Program-made: the position numbers and the translations under genes
Assembly: GCA_964291285.2 (NCBI GenBank)
Contig: OZ219786.1
Coordinates: 768,001 to 832,000, forward strand
Direction of reading: 5' to 3'
Length of the DNA: 64,000 bases
DNA from: Alphaproteobacteria bacterium
GTDB lineage: Bacteria; Pseudomonadota; Alphaproteobacteria; Bin95
In this document: one piece after another, positions 9,627 through 19,235 of the stretch
Numbering within the stretch: position 1 is the first letter of the stretch
Layout of the letters: each line of letters begins with the position of its first letter
The notes under the pieces: generated by a model
The model's input: only the letters and a program-made list of their open reading frames with translations
Databases searched by the model: none
What the model was told of the DNA's origin: nothing

Positions 9627-10507
9627 GCCTGCCCGTCTGGCGTTCGCTGCTGTTCATCCCGGCGACGGCGCAGAAATTCATCGAGAAGGGCCCGGGCGTC
9701 GGCGCCGACGGGCTGATCCTCGACCTCGAGGACTCGGTCGCGGCCAACGCCAAGGAGGCCGCCCGCGCCGCCGCGCCGGACATCGTGCGCGGCTTCGCCT
9801 CGCAGGGCATCGACACGCTGGTGCGCATCAACCGGCCCTGGCGGCTGGCGGTGCGGGACCTGGAGGCCATCGTCATCCCGGAACTGACCGGCCTGCTCTG
9901 CCCGATGGTGGACAGCGCCGAGCATGTGGTCGCGCTCAGCCAGACGGTCGCCGAGCTTGAGGCCGAGCGCGGCATCCCGGCGGGGCAGGTCCGGCTCTGC
10001 ATCGCCGTCGAGACGGCGAAGGGCTATCTCAACCTGCGCGGGATCGCCCATGCCGACCCGCGCAGCGTCTCGCTGTCGCTCGGCTCGGAGGATTTCGGCC
10101 TCTCCATGGGCATGACCGCCGACGAAGAAACGCTCTACGGCCTGAAGCAGCAGGTGGTCGCCTGCGCGCGGGAGGCCGGCATCCTGCCGATGGGCTTCGT
10201 CGGCTCCATCGCCGAGTTCCGCGACATCGAGGGCTTCCGGCGCATCGTCCGCCGGTCGAAGAAGATGGGTCTCTGCGGCGCGTCCTGCATCCACCCGAAC
10301 CAGGTGCGGGTCTGCAACGAGGAGTTCGGCCCGACCGAAGCGGAGGTCGATGAGGCCCGGCGCGTGGTCGAGGCCTATGACGAGGCGCTGGCGCGCGGCG
10401 AGGGCGCGATCACCGTGGACGGCAAGATGGTGGACGTGCCGGTCGCCGAACGCGCCAGGGCCGTGCTCCGCATCGCCGACGCCATCGCCGCCCGCCAGGC
10501 CCGCTGA
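9623..10507 (+). CDS. CitE-like CoA-ester lyase (HpcH/HpaI aldolase/citrate lyase family)
   Basis: RSLLFIP, ILDLEDSV, VRIN, VET, GSEDF, CIHPNQV and GKMVDVPV; ATGA overlap with the CoA-transferase. Confidence 0.9.
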   Translation: MSLPVWRSLLFIPATAQKFIEKGPGVGADGLILDLEDSVAANAKEAARAAAPDIVRGFASQGIDTLVRINRPWRLAVRDLEAIVIPELTGLLCPMVDSAEHVVALSQTVAELEAERGIPAGQVRLCIAVETAKGYLNLRGIAHADPRSVSLSLGSEDFGLSMGMTADEETLYGLKQQVVACAREAGILPMGFVGSIAEFRDIEGFRRIVRRSKKMGLCGASCIHPNQVRVCNEEFGPTEAEVDEARRVVEAYDEALARGEGAITVDGKMVDVPVAERARAVLRIADAIAARQAR

Positions 10508-10578
10508 CGGCTCAGACCAGCGGTTGTCGATAGGAACCCATGACGGATTCGACGCCCGCCGCCCCGCTCGCCCCTCTT

Positions 10579-10707
10579 CGTCACCCCGGACTTGATCCGG
10601 GGTCCATCTCCCGCTCTCTCGGCAGCCTCGACGGTTGGCCGGCTCTCCACCGGCCGCGGCAGGCGCAGACAGTCAGGGATGGACCCCGGATCAAGTCCGG
10701 GGTGACG
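10579..10707. repeat. REP/RPE-like palindromic element
   Basis: Perfect 30-bp inverted repeat CGTCACCCCGGACTTGATCCGGGGTCCATC (10579-10608 and 10678-10707); each arm is itself a hairpin. Confidence 0.85.
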
Positions 10708-10751
10708 GTTGTGGGTCCTGCGGTGCAATGCCGGCGCCACAGACGTGTGAA

Positions 10752-12447
10752 CCTAAATCCGGCAGTTGACGAGCTTGATCGCTGTCTCGGGGTAGTGTGA
10801 ACGGTCGGATTTGGGCGTGGATTTCAGCACGTGGTCGCGGCCCTGGGTGGCGGCAGCCAGGGTTGACGCCCCGGTTCGCGGCCATGGAGGTATTTCCTGA
10901 GCGCCTCGGCGAGGATGCGGCGCCAGCGATCCCCGGCGCTCAACTGCTCCGCAGTTTGCGTCAGCGACCGGAAGAAGCCGGCGATCCGGCGCAGCGCCGC
11001 CATCACCGTCTTGCGACGCCCGTGATGGGAGGTCACCGTCAGCCGGGTCTGGCCGGCGTGGTGGGTCTGGCGGGCAACCCCGTGCAGGAGCAGCGGCCGG
11101 CTGGTGATCGCCTCGCGGTGATGGTCGGGGTCGGCGAGGCGCACGAACAGGCTCCACCAGTTGTAGATGAGCGCGATCAGCCGGGCCATGTGCCGGCAGC
11201 GCGTCAGGTCGCGCGTGGTGAAGCCGCCCCAACCCCACTGGTTCTTCAACTCGTCGAAGCCGTTCTCCGCGTCCGCCCGGTCGCGGTAGAGCTGGGCCAG
11301 CGAGCGTATCTCCAGGTCCAGCGAGGTCGCCAGCACCGCGAACTCCCACACCCCGGTGCCGGGCTGCGCCTCGGTCCAGAACAGCTCGCCCTGGGCCTTG
11401 TCGCCACGCGTCAGCGCCAGCGTCGCAGGAAGCCGCCGACGCAGCACCACAACCCGGCGCGTCCGGCTCCAGCCCTGCAGACGCAGATCGGCCCCGATCC
11501 CCGACCAGCCCTGGCCTGCATCCTCCCAGCCGTCCCGCACCATCAGCCGCTCGGCAAGCCGGCGCGCCCCCTTCGTCAGGCGCAGCTTGAACAAATAGTC
11601 CAGACCCGCAGCCTCGCACGACGCCATGTTGGCCTCGCTGCCCCAGTCCTTATCGCCCCGCACCAGACGCGGCCAGCGATCCCGACCGAGACGGTCGAGC
11701 AACGCCCACAAGGACGGCGCCGCGCGCCTCGAATGGTGATGGTTGCCCGGCGCCACCTCGACATCCAGAACAAGCCGCGTGCCCGCCATCAGGAACGCAT
11801 GGCAGGCATGCGAGGGGCGGCCCGGCTTCTTCGGGTTGTAGCTCACAACCGCCCCCTCCTGACGACCGTAAAGCGCCTTGATCGTCGTGTCGCAGTCCAG
11901 AACCCACGGCTCCCTCAGCAGCGGACGGACCACCTCGTCCAGATGGCCCTGAAGCCACGATGTGCCGACATCCGCACCGATCCGCTCCAGACCGCGCCGC
12001 ACCGAATCCTCGCTCGCAACCTTGTCCATACCCAGCAGCGCAGGGTTCACCCCGTCGCCGCGCAGCGACGTGATGTGCGCATAGCGAGACTGCCCCGCCA
12101 GAACCGACAGAAGAACCGTCCCCAGGACATCCCGCTTCGACGGCGCGTTCGGGCTCGTGTAGTGCAGCGGGCAGTCCGCAACCAAAGCGTCAAAGCGACC
12201 GCTTACCTTCAGGTATTCCGAGAAAAACGCCAGATGCCCCAGCGGCGTCACCGCCGCATCAGGGTCCCATTCCACATGAACCGCGCCGCCGAAGGTGTCC
12301 ACCTTCACCGACGCTCGGGCGACATCCCGCACAGCGCCAGGATAATCACCCAAAGGGTGAGCCTCTTCGGCCCCTGAAAAGCCGCTCATACCCGCAGACT
12401 ACAAGGGATTCGGCAAGGCCAAGCCATCCTCAACTGCCGGATTTAGG
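10752..12447 (-). mobile_element. IS1380-family element, copy 2 (intact)
   Basis: Perfect 18-bp IRs CCTAAATCCGGCAGTTGA; 5-bp target duplication GTGAA at 10747-10751 and 12448-12452. Confidence 0.92.
10824..12389 (-). CDS. IS1380-family DDE transposase (521 aa)
   Basis: Uninterrupted ORF filling the element; D..D..E motifs as in copy 1. Confidence 0.9.
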   Translation of the reverse strand: MSGFSGAEEAHPLGDYPGAVRDVARASVKVDTFGGAVHVEWDPDAAVTPLGHLAFFSEYLKVSGRFDALVADCPLHYTSPNAPSKRDVLGTVLLSVLAGQSRYAHITSLRGDGVNPALLGMDKVASEDSVRRGLERIGADVGTSWLQGHLDEVVRPLLREPWVLDCDTTIKALYGRQEGAVVSYNPKKPGRPSHACHAFLMAGTRLVLDVEVAPGNHHHSRRAAPSLWALLDRLGRDRWPRLVRGDKDWGSEANMASCEAAGLDYLFKLRLTKGARRLAERLMVRDGWEDAGQGWSGIGADLRLQGWSRTRRVVVLRRRLPATLALTRGDKAQGELFWTEAQPGTGVWEFAVLATSLDLEIRSLAQLYRDRADAENGFDELKNQWGWGGFTTRDLTRCRHMARLIALIYNWWSLFVRLADPDHHREAITSRPLLLHGVARQTHHAGQTRLTVTSHHGRRKTVMAALRRIAGFFRSLTQTAEQLSAGDRWRRILAEALRKYLHGREPGRQPWLPPPRAATTC

Positions 12448-12538
12448 GTGAAGCCGGCAGGGCGTCAACCGGGCAGCAGTGGAACAAGTCCGGGCATGAC
12501 GAGAAGAAGACATGGGTCCCAAATCGAGGCCGCCGGTA

Positions 12539-13858
12539 TCAGACGCCCGCGGCGAAGAGCGCGAGGCCGGCGAGCGCGGCGGCGGCCAGCGTACGGAATG
12601 CGCCGAGCTTCAGCACGAAGAGCGCGACGGCGGCGAGGGCGGCCAGCGCGAGCGCCTTGAGGTCGAGGCTTGCCGGGTCCGGCAGATAGACGGAGACGGG
12701 GCCCGCTTGCGCGCGCGCGCCCTCTGCGAACAGCACGTTGAGCGCGAACCAGGCCGAGAGGTTGGCGATCACGCCCACCACGGCGGCCGTCACGCCGGCA
12801 AGCGCGGCCTGCAGTCCGGGCCGGCCGCGCAGCCGCTCGACATGCGGGGCGCCGGCGAAGATGAACAGGAAGCAGGGCGCGAAGGTGACCCATAGCGTGA
12901 GCCCCGCGCCGAGCAGCCCCGCGACCAGGGGGTCGAGCCCGCCCGCCTCGCGCCATGCCGCGAGGAAGCCGACGAATTCCACCACGAGGATGAGCGGCCC
13001 CGGCGTCGTCTCGGCGAGCCCGAGCGCATCCAGCATCTCGCCGGGCGCCAGCCAGCCCCTCGCGGCGACGGCCTCCTGCGCGACCCAGGAGAGTACGGCG
13101 TAGGCACCGCCGAAGGTCAGCACCGCCATCTTGGAGAAGAAGACCGCGATGCCGGAGAACACATGCCCGCCGCCGAGCCAGGCCAGCAGCAAGGCGGTCG
13201 GCAGGAGCCAGGCCGCGAGCAGGACGAGCGCCGCCCTGCCCGTGCCGGCGGCGGCTTGCGACCGGGCCGGGGCCGCCGCCTCCCCTGCCCCGCTCCCGCC
13301 GCCGAAAAACGCCCGCGCGCCGCCCAGCAGCGCCGCCGCGGCGATGACGGTCGGGAAGGGCGCGTCGAACAGGAAGAGCGCGGCGAACGCCCCGCAGGCC
13401 AGCAGCCAGGCGAAACCGTCCCTGAGCGCCCGCGCGCCGATCCGGAGCAGCGCTTCCACCACCAGCGCCAGCACCGCCGCCTTGACGCCGAGGAAGGCCG
13501 CCTCGACCGCCGGCAGCCGCCCGTAGAGCGCATACACCGCCGCGAGCGCGGCCATCACGACCGCGCCCGGCAGGATGAACAGCAGGCCTGCCGCGAGGCC
13601 GCCGCGTATGCCGTGCAGCAGCCAGCCGGCATAGGTGGCGAGTTGCTGCGCTTCCGGCCCCGGCAGCAGCATGCAGAAATTGAGCGCATGGAGGAAACGC
13701 GGCTCGTCGAGCCAGCGCTTCTCCTCCACCGCGACGCGGTGCATGAGCGCGATCTGCGCCGCCGGCCCGCCGAAACTGGCGAACCCGATCCGCGTCCAGG
13801 CCGCAAGCGCCTCCCGGAACGGGACGGGCGCGGCCGGCGGCGGCGTCTCCGCGCTCAG
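12539..13858 (-). CDS. chrA: Chromate efflux transporter (long-chain CHR family)
   Basis: IGFASFGGPAAQIALMH, LLPGPEAQQLA, TFGGAYAVL and ETTPGPLI; homology extends upstream of the track's ATG, so a CTG start overlapping the upstream TGA is inferred. Confidence 0.9.
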   Translation of the reverse strand: MSAETPPPAAPVPFREALAAWTRIGFASFGGPAAQIALMHRVAVEEKRWLDEPRFLHALNFCMLLPGPEAQQLATYAGWLLHGIRGGLAAGLLFILPGAVVMAALAAVYALYGRLPAVEAAFLGVKAAVLALVVEALLRIGARALRDGFAWLLACGAFAALFLFDAPFPTVIAAAALLGGARAFFGGGSGAGEAAAPARSQAAAGTGRAALVLLAAWLLPTALLLAWLGGGHVFSGIAVFFSKMAVLTFGGAYAVLSWVAQEAVAARGWLAPGEMLDALGLAETTPGPLILVVEFVGFLAAWREAGGLDPLVAGLLGAGLTLWVTFAPCFLFIFAGAPHVERLRGRPGLQAALAGVTAAVVGVIANLSAWFALNVLFAEGARAQAGPVSVYLPDPASLDLKALALAALAAVALFVLKLGAFRTLAAAALAGLALFAAGV

Positions 13859-14607
13859 CCGTCCCAGACCTGCTCGGGAAGCGGCAGGCCGCGGAAGTCC
13901 CCGGCGCCGAGCGGGCCGTCGGTCTCGATGCCGAGCATGTCGTGGATCAGCATCAGCTGCCGCACATGCTGGGCCGGGTGCCAGACCGTGCGCTCGAACA
14001 CCTCATGCAGCGCGTGCGCGCCGTAATAGGTGTCCACCGGGTCCGGTTTCGGCCCCGACTCCCACCAGCGGGCGACCCGCGCGCGCACCTCCTCGCCATA
14101 GGCCACGATGTCCGCCACGGTTTTCATGTCGTCGGGCGGCGGCGCGGTCAGCGCCTCGTAGTTGACGGGCTCGCCGCTCTCCATCGCCGAGATCGTTGCG
14201 TCCGCAATGTTGAAGATGTGGTGGAACAGGACCCGGTAGGCGCGGTCGCGGCCGGGCAGCTTGTCGCCGAGCCGGTCGTCCGGCACCTGGGCCACGTAGC
14301 GCGCGGCGGCAGCGAGCACCATGTCGAGCTTCGCCGCCAGCTCGGGCATGGAGAGCGCCGGCCCCACATCCTCGTCGAGGCCGAGAAACGCCACCACGTC
14401 CGAGATCGCCTGGGCGAAGACGAAATCCCCGCCGCGCGAGACGACCGGGATGGAGCGCGCGCCAAGCTCGCGCAGCATGTCCATGCCGGTCGGATGGGTC
14501 GTCACGTCGATACTGTCGAACTCGATCCCACGGACCGAGAGGAACTCCTTGGTTCTCAGGCAGCTGGTTCAGCCGGGCCGCCAGAAAACCCTGATCGCCT
14601 CGCTCAT
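13855..14607 (-). CDS. Putative selenoprotein: UxxC glutaredoxin/NrdH-like domain fused to a DinB-like domain (250 aa)
   Basis: GAGGAGG RBS, ATG 14607, MSEAIRVFWRPG-TGA-TSCLRTKEFLSVRGIEFDSIDV..GARSIPVV; TGA at 14571-14569 lies at the first Cys of the Grx CxxC; C-terminal LFHH..WHPAQHVRQL DinB-type His motifs. Confidence 0.85.
14535..14559 (-). promoter_or_regulatory. Candidate bacterial SECIS hairpin
   Basis: Starts 9 nt after the UGA: CUGA-GAAC-[CAAGGA]-GUUC-CUC-UCGG, with G residues in the apical loop; folded by eye only. Confidence 0.5.
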
Positions 14608-14857
14608 GCGCGTTCCTCCTCAGCCGTTGCGCGGCCCATCATAAGCGCATCGCCCGCCCCCGGCCACGGTTTCCCGGCAGGCCCCGTCCGGCAGCGGGCC
14701 ATTGCTGCCCCGCCCGCTTCTCCCTCCGCGCCGTGTTCCTCCCCTCCCGCCGCCAATTTGGTACAGACCGGCGGCGCCAACGCCGCCAATCGTAACGTTC
14801 GCCGCGTCCAGCGCGGCGGCGGGCGAAGCCCCGCAACCCTCTGCGCGCGCCGCGAGG

Positions 14858-14893
14858 CCCTCCCCCGACCCCTCCCGCCCAGCGGGAGGGGAG
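14858..14893 (+). repeat. Alphaproteobacterial REP-like hairpin
   Basis: CCCTCCCCCGACCCCTCCCGC-CCA-GCGGGAGGGGAG in the divergent intergenic region. Confidence 0.55.
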
Positions 14894-15001
14894 AAAAGCC
14901 GGCCGACCCCCGCTCGGCTTCGACAATTCGACAAGCCGATTGCGGCCCGCCCCTCCGTGCCCTAACCTCGCCCCAGGTGCGGAGAGGGGGTTCCCGACGC
15001 G

Positions 15002-15568
15002 ATGTCATTCCCGGCAATGCTCGAAAGGCTCGAGACCGGGCTTGCGTGGGTAAACGACCGCATGATGGTGGGCCTGAAATGGCTCGCGATCGTCCTGCTC
15101 GCGATCATGCTGATCATCGTCGATATCGCCGTGTTCATGCGCTACGTGATGAACGACGCGCTCGCCTGGTCGGAAGAGATCGCCAAGTTCGTCATGGTGT
15201 GGCTGACCTTCTTCGTGGCGCCCATCGGCTTGCGCATGGGCGCGCATGTCGGCATCGAGGTGATCCTCGGCCAGCTGCGCGGGCGGCTTCGCCAGTTCCT
15301 CATCATGATGATCTTCGCCGGCATCATCGCGCTCATGGTGGTGTTCATAAAGGAAGGGGCGTTCATGACCTGGAACGCCCGCATCCAGCGCGCCTCCACC
15401 ATCGATATCTCGATCTTCTACGTCTACATCTGCATGCCGGTCGGCAGCTTCGCCGTCGCGATGGTGGCGCTGGAATACATGGTCAACGCGCTCCGGGGCG
15501 TCATAGACCCGGCCAATGCGAAGCCGACGCTGACGCAGACGCAGCAGGACGCGGTCAGGGCGGACTGA
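15002..15568 (+). CDS. dctQ: TRAP transporter small permease
   Basis: VFMRYV, WSEEIAK, HVGIE; four TM helices. Confidence 0.9.
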   Translation: MSFPAMLERLETGLAWVNDRMMVGLKWLAIVLLAIMLIIVDIAVFMRYVMNDALAWSEEIAKFVMVWLTFFVAPIGLRMGAHVGIEVILGQLRGRLRQFLIMMIFAGIIALMVVFIKEGAFMTWNARIQRASTIDISIFYVYICMPVGSFAVAMVALEYMVNALRGVIDPANAKPTLTQTQQDAVRAD

Positions 15569-15589
15569 CGGAGGCAACGGGCGGAACCC

Positions 15590-16900
15590 ATGGGCGTCAC
15601 CTTCTTCTGGATATTCCTCGCCGCGATGTTCATCGGCATGCCGATCGTCTTCGCGCTCGGCTTTGCGCCGATGGTGGGCTTCCTGCTGGCGGAGAAGCCG
15701 ATCTTCCTGAAGATGCTGTTCCAGCGCACCTTCGCCGGCATCCACCAGTTCCCGCTGCTCGCGATCCCCTTCTTCATCCTGACGGGCGAGGTGATGAACC
15801 GGGCCGGCATCACGATGAGCCTGGTCAATTTCGCCAACACGCTGGTCGGCCACCTGCGCGGCGGCCTCGCGCACGTGAACATCGTCACCAGCATGCTGTT
15901 CGCCGGCATCAGCGGCTCCGCTGTCGCCGACACCTCGGCGGTCGGCTCGATCCTGATCCCGGCGATGGAGAAGGACGGCTACAGCCGCAAATTCGCCGCC
16001 GCCATCACGGCGGCCTCCTCGGTCATCGGCCCGATCATCCCGCCGAGCCTCATCATGGTGGTCTATGCCTTCATCATGAACGTCTCGGTGGCCGGGCTGT
16101 TCGCCGCCGGGCTCATCCCGGGGCTCATGGTCGGCTTCATGCTGATGTCGGTGACCGGCATCATCTCCAAGCGGCGCAACTACCCGAAGGCGCACAGCCG
16201 CGCGACCGTGAAGGAAGTCGGCACTGCGGCCTGGGGCGCGGTGCTGCCGCTGATGACGCCGGTCATCATCCTGGGCGGCATCCTCGGCGGCATCTTCACG
16301 CCGACCGAGTCGGCGGCGGCGGCGGCCTTCTATGCGCTGTTCATCAGCCTCATCGTGCTGCGCACGCTGAAGTTCCGCGACCTGCCGGACCTGTTCCTCC
16401 ACGCGGCCGTCACCTCCGGCGCGATCCTGCTGATCATCGGCACCGCGACGGCCTTCGCCGCCATAGCCAGCCTCTCGCAGGTGCCGGTCCACCTGTCCAA
16501 CTTCTTCTTCTCCATCACCAGCGACCCGCTGCTGCTGCTGTTCTTCATCAACGTGCTGCTGCTGATCGTCGGCATGTTCCTCGACGCCGGCCCGGCCATC
16601 CTGATCCTCGGCCCGATCCTGGCGCCGACCATGACGGGTCTCGGCGTCGATCCGCTGCATTTCGCCGTCATCATGTGCATCAACCTGACGATCGGGCTCG
16701 CGACGCCGCCGATGGGTCTGATCCTGTTCGTCGCTTCCGGCATATCGCGATTGCGCGTCGAGGTGATCGCGCTCGAAATGCTGCCGCTGCTCGCAGTCGA
16801 AATCCTTGCAATTTTTGTCGTGACCTATTTCCCGGTCATCTCCATGTCGCTGCCTTACTGGCTCGGCTTCACCAGAAACGCGCCGGGTTTCTTCGTGTGA
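15590..16900 (+). CDS. dctM: TRAP transporter large permease
   Basis: LLAIPFFILTG, GGLAHV, SGSAVAD, IIPPS and TPPMG. Confidence 0.93.
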   Translation: MGVTFFWIFLAAMFIGMPIVFALGFAPMVGFLLAEKPIFLKMLFQRTFAGIHQFPLLAIPFFILTGEVMNRAGITMSLVNFANTLVGHLRGGLAHVNIVTSMLFAGISGSAVADTSAVGSILIPAMEKDGYSRKFAAAITAASSVIGPIIPPSLIMVVYAFIMNVSVAGLFAAGLIPGLMVGFMLMSVTGIISKRRNYPKAHSRATVKEVGTAAWGAVLPLMTPVIILGGILGGIFTPTESAAAAAFYALFISLIVLRTLKFRDLPDLFLHAAVTSGAILLIIGTATAFAAIASLSQVPVHLSNFFFSITSDPLLLLFFINVLLLIVGMFLDAGPAILILGPILAPTMTGLGVDPLHFAVIMCINLTIGLATPPMGLILFVASGISRLRVEVIALEMLPLLAVEILAIFVVTYFPVISMSLPYWLGFTRNAPGFFV

Positions 16901-16991
16901 CGCAGCGCCTGGAGGACATCCGGCCCGAAGACATCTGGCCGGAACACCGCCGCAATCCCGCGGCTTCGACTACTCCGAAGGGAGGAGGAAG

Positions 16992-18047
16992 ATGAAAAAA
17001 CATCTGGAACTGCTTGCTTCGGCCGGGCTGGGCCTGGCCGTCGCGCTCGGCGGAGCCGGCATGGCCGGCGCGGCGGATACGACGATCAAGATCTGCCATA
17101 TCGGCTCGACCGACGACGAGGACCACAAGGGCTCGCTCGTCTTCGAGAACTTCGTCGAGTCGCAGACCAACGGCGCGGTGGAAGTCGAGATCTACCCGGC
17201 CGGGCAGCTTTGCGGCAATTTCCGCCAGTGCCTCGAATCGGTCCAGCTCGGCACCTGCGAGATCACGGGAACGACCGTCGGCGGCATCGCCAACATCTTC
17301 CCGGAAATCCAGGTCACCGACCTGCCCTACATCTTCCCGAACGACCGCGTCGCCGAGAAGGTGATGAAGAGCCCGTTCATGGACGAGGTCCGCAGGGCGG
17401 TGCTCGAGAAGACCGGCACGCTGAGGCTCATGGGCCTCAACAATACGGGCGGCTGGCGCGACTTCTTCACCATCGACGTCACCATCAAGACGCCGGCCGA
17501 CCTTGCGGGCGTGAAGATGCGCACCATCGAGTCGCCGCTGCAGGTCGAGATGGTCAACCTGATGGGCGGCAACCCGACGCCGATTCCGTGGCAGGAGCTC
17601 TACACCTCGCTCGCCACGGGCGTCGTGATCGGCACCAAGAACGGCATCACCGACATCGTGAACATGAAGTTCCACGAATTTCTGAACCGGGTGACGCTCG
17701 ACCACCACGCCTACATGTTCCTGTTCTGGTGGATGAACGACGACTTCCTGCAGGGCCTTTCGCCCGACCTGAAGCGGGTTGTCGCGGCCGGCTTCCACCA
17801 CATGACCTCGATGGCCTCGGACGACCCGAAGTTCACGGCGCTCGCCGGCTATGCGGCCTTCAAGGAGAAGGGCGGCCAGGTCTATGTGCCGACGCCCGAG
17901 GAGAAGGCGCAGTTCGTCGAGTCCGTCCAGCCGCTGAAGCAGTGGTATGTGGAGCGCTTCGGCGACAAGTGGCTGAAGCTGCTTGAGGAATCCATCGCCC
18001 AGGCGGAGAAGGAAATCGAGGAAGAGGACGCGAGGCTGCTCAACTAG
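16992..18047 (+). CDS. dctP: TRAP transporter substrate-binding protein
   Basis: GGAGGAGG RBS; signal peptide; VEIYPAGQL, DLPYIF, DLAGVKMR and ELYTSLATGV. Confidence 0.9.
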   Translation: MKKHLELLASAGLGLAVALGGAGMAGAADTTIKICHIGSTDDEDHKGSLVFENFVESQTNGAVEVEIYPAGQLCGNFRQCLESVQLGTCEITGTTVGGIANIFPEIQVTDLPYIFPNDRVAEKVMKSPFMDEVRRAVLEKTGTLRLMGLNNTGGWRDFFTIDVTIKTPADLAGVKMRTIESPLQVEMVNLMGGNPTPIPWQELYTSLATGVVIGTKNGITDIVNMKFHEFLNRVTLDHHAYMFLFWWMNDDFLQGLSPDLKRVVAAGFHHMTSMASDDPKFTALAGYAAFKEKGGQVYVPTPEEKAQFVESVQPLKQWYVERFGDKWLKLLEESIAQAEKEIEEEDARLLN

Positions 18048-18072
18048 ACAGCCGCCCCTCTTCCACCGACTT

Positions 18073-18108
18073 GCCCGCGGCCGGTCCCACCGGCCGCGGG
18101 CTTTCTTT
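18073..18108 (+). terminator. Rho-independent terminator after dctP
   Basis: 13-bp stem GCCCGCGGCCGGT-CCC-ACCGGCCGCGGGC followed by TTTCTTT. Confidence 0.75.
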
Positions 18109-18127
18109 GCGCGGGCCGGGGCGGCCC

Positions 18128-19051
18128 TCACGCTCCGGCCAGCAGCGCCTCCACCTCGGCGCGGTCGGGCATGGAGCCCGCCGTGCCCGCGCGCGTGACG
18201 GAAATGCCGGCGGCCGCGCAGCCGAAGCGGACGGCCGAGACCGGCTCCCGGCCCTCCGCCAGCGCGACGGCGAAGGCGCCGTTGAAGGCGTCGCCCGCGC
18301 CGTTCGTCTCCACCACCGGCCCCGCATTGAAGGCGGGCACCAGGGCCATGCCCGCCGGGCCGTCGAGCAGCGCGCCGCGCGCGCCGAGCGTGATGACGGC
18401 CGCGCCGGCGCCGCGCTCCCGGAGCGCGACCGCCGCCCGGCGCGCGCCCTCCTCATCTTCCACGGACAGCCCGGTGAGCGCCTCGGCCTCGGCTTCGTTC
18501 GGCGTCACATAGTCCGAGAGCCGGAGCATCTCGTCAGGCGCATCGGCAGCCGGCGCGGGATTGAGCACCGTCACCACGCCCGCCTCCCGCGCGATTGCGA
18601 GCGCCCGCGCCGCCGCCGGCAGGGGCTGCTCGAACTGGGTGACGAACACGGCGGCGGAGCGGATTGCGTCTGCCGCCGCATCGACATCCGCCCCGGAAAT
18701 CTCGGCCGCAGCGCCCGTGCAGACGACGATGGCGTTCTCACCCGAAGCCGCTTCCACCAGCACCGCAGCCGCGCCCGTCGCGGCCGTGTCGGAGCGCGCG
18801 ACCAGGGGCTCGACGCCCGCCGCCGCCCATGCCGCAAGCCCCATATCGGCGAAGGAATCGCGCCCGATCCGGGAAATGAACCCGACCTCGGCGCCGAGCC
18901 GGGCGGCCGCCACCGCCTGGTTCGAGCCCTTGCCCCCGGGGCTGAGCGCCACGCTCTCGCCGATGACCGTCTCGCCCATACGGGGCAGGCGCGGCGTGCG
19001 GAAGGTCGCATCGACGACGAAGATGCCGAGAATCGCAATCCGCGCGGTCAT
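18128..19051 (-). CDS. rbsK: Ribokinase (PfkB family)
   Basis: PGGKGSNQAVAAARLG, LNPAPA, TPNEAEA and ETNGAGDAFNG. Confidence 0.88.
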   Translation of the reverse strand: MTARIAILGIFVVDATFRTPRLPRMGETVIGESVALSPGGKGSNQAVAAARLGAEVGFISRIGRDSFADMGLAAWAAAGVEPLVARSDTAATGAAAVLVEAASGENAIVVCTGAAAEISGADVDAAADAIRSAAVFVTQFEQPLPAAARALAIAREAGVVTVLNPAPAADAPDEMLRLSDYVTPNEAEAEALTGLSVEDEEGARRAAVALRERGAGAAVITLGARGALLDGPAGMALVPAFNAGPVVETNGAGDAFNGAFAVALAEGREPVSAVRFGCAAAGISVTRAGTAGSMPDRAEVEALLAGA

Positions 19052-19235
19052 GGAAACACCCTCAGGCCCCGGCCCGCAGAGGATGCGGCGCGGCACCCGC
19101 TGACGGCTTTGCGCTCATTGACATGGGGAGGGCCTCCGGGCTGTATTCCCGGCCAACCTAGCGGCTCGGGGCGCCGGCGAGAACCGCCCCGGCCCTTCGC
19201 ATACCGAAACGACGGAAACACGGGAGAGACGAGGC

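Noticed and set aside
16905-16950. Short imperfect tandem repeat (GAGGACATCCGGCCC / GAAGACATCTGGCCG) between dctM and dctP
   Set aside because: Only two degenerate 15-bp units; not an array
13942-16995. 1017-aa ORF on the + strand
   Set aside because: Shadow frame over the selenoprotein gene and dctQM; no motifs
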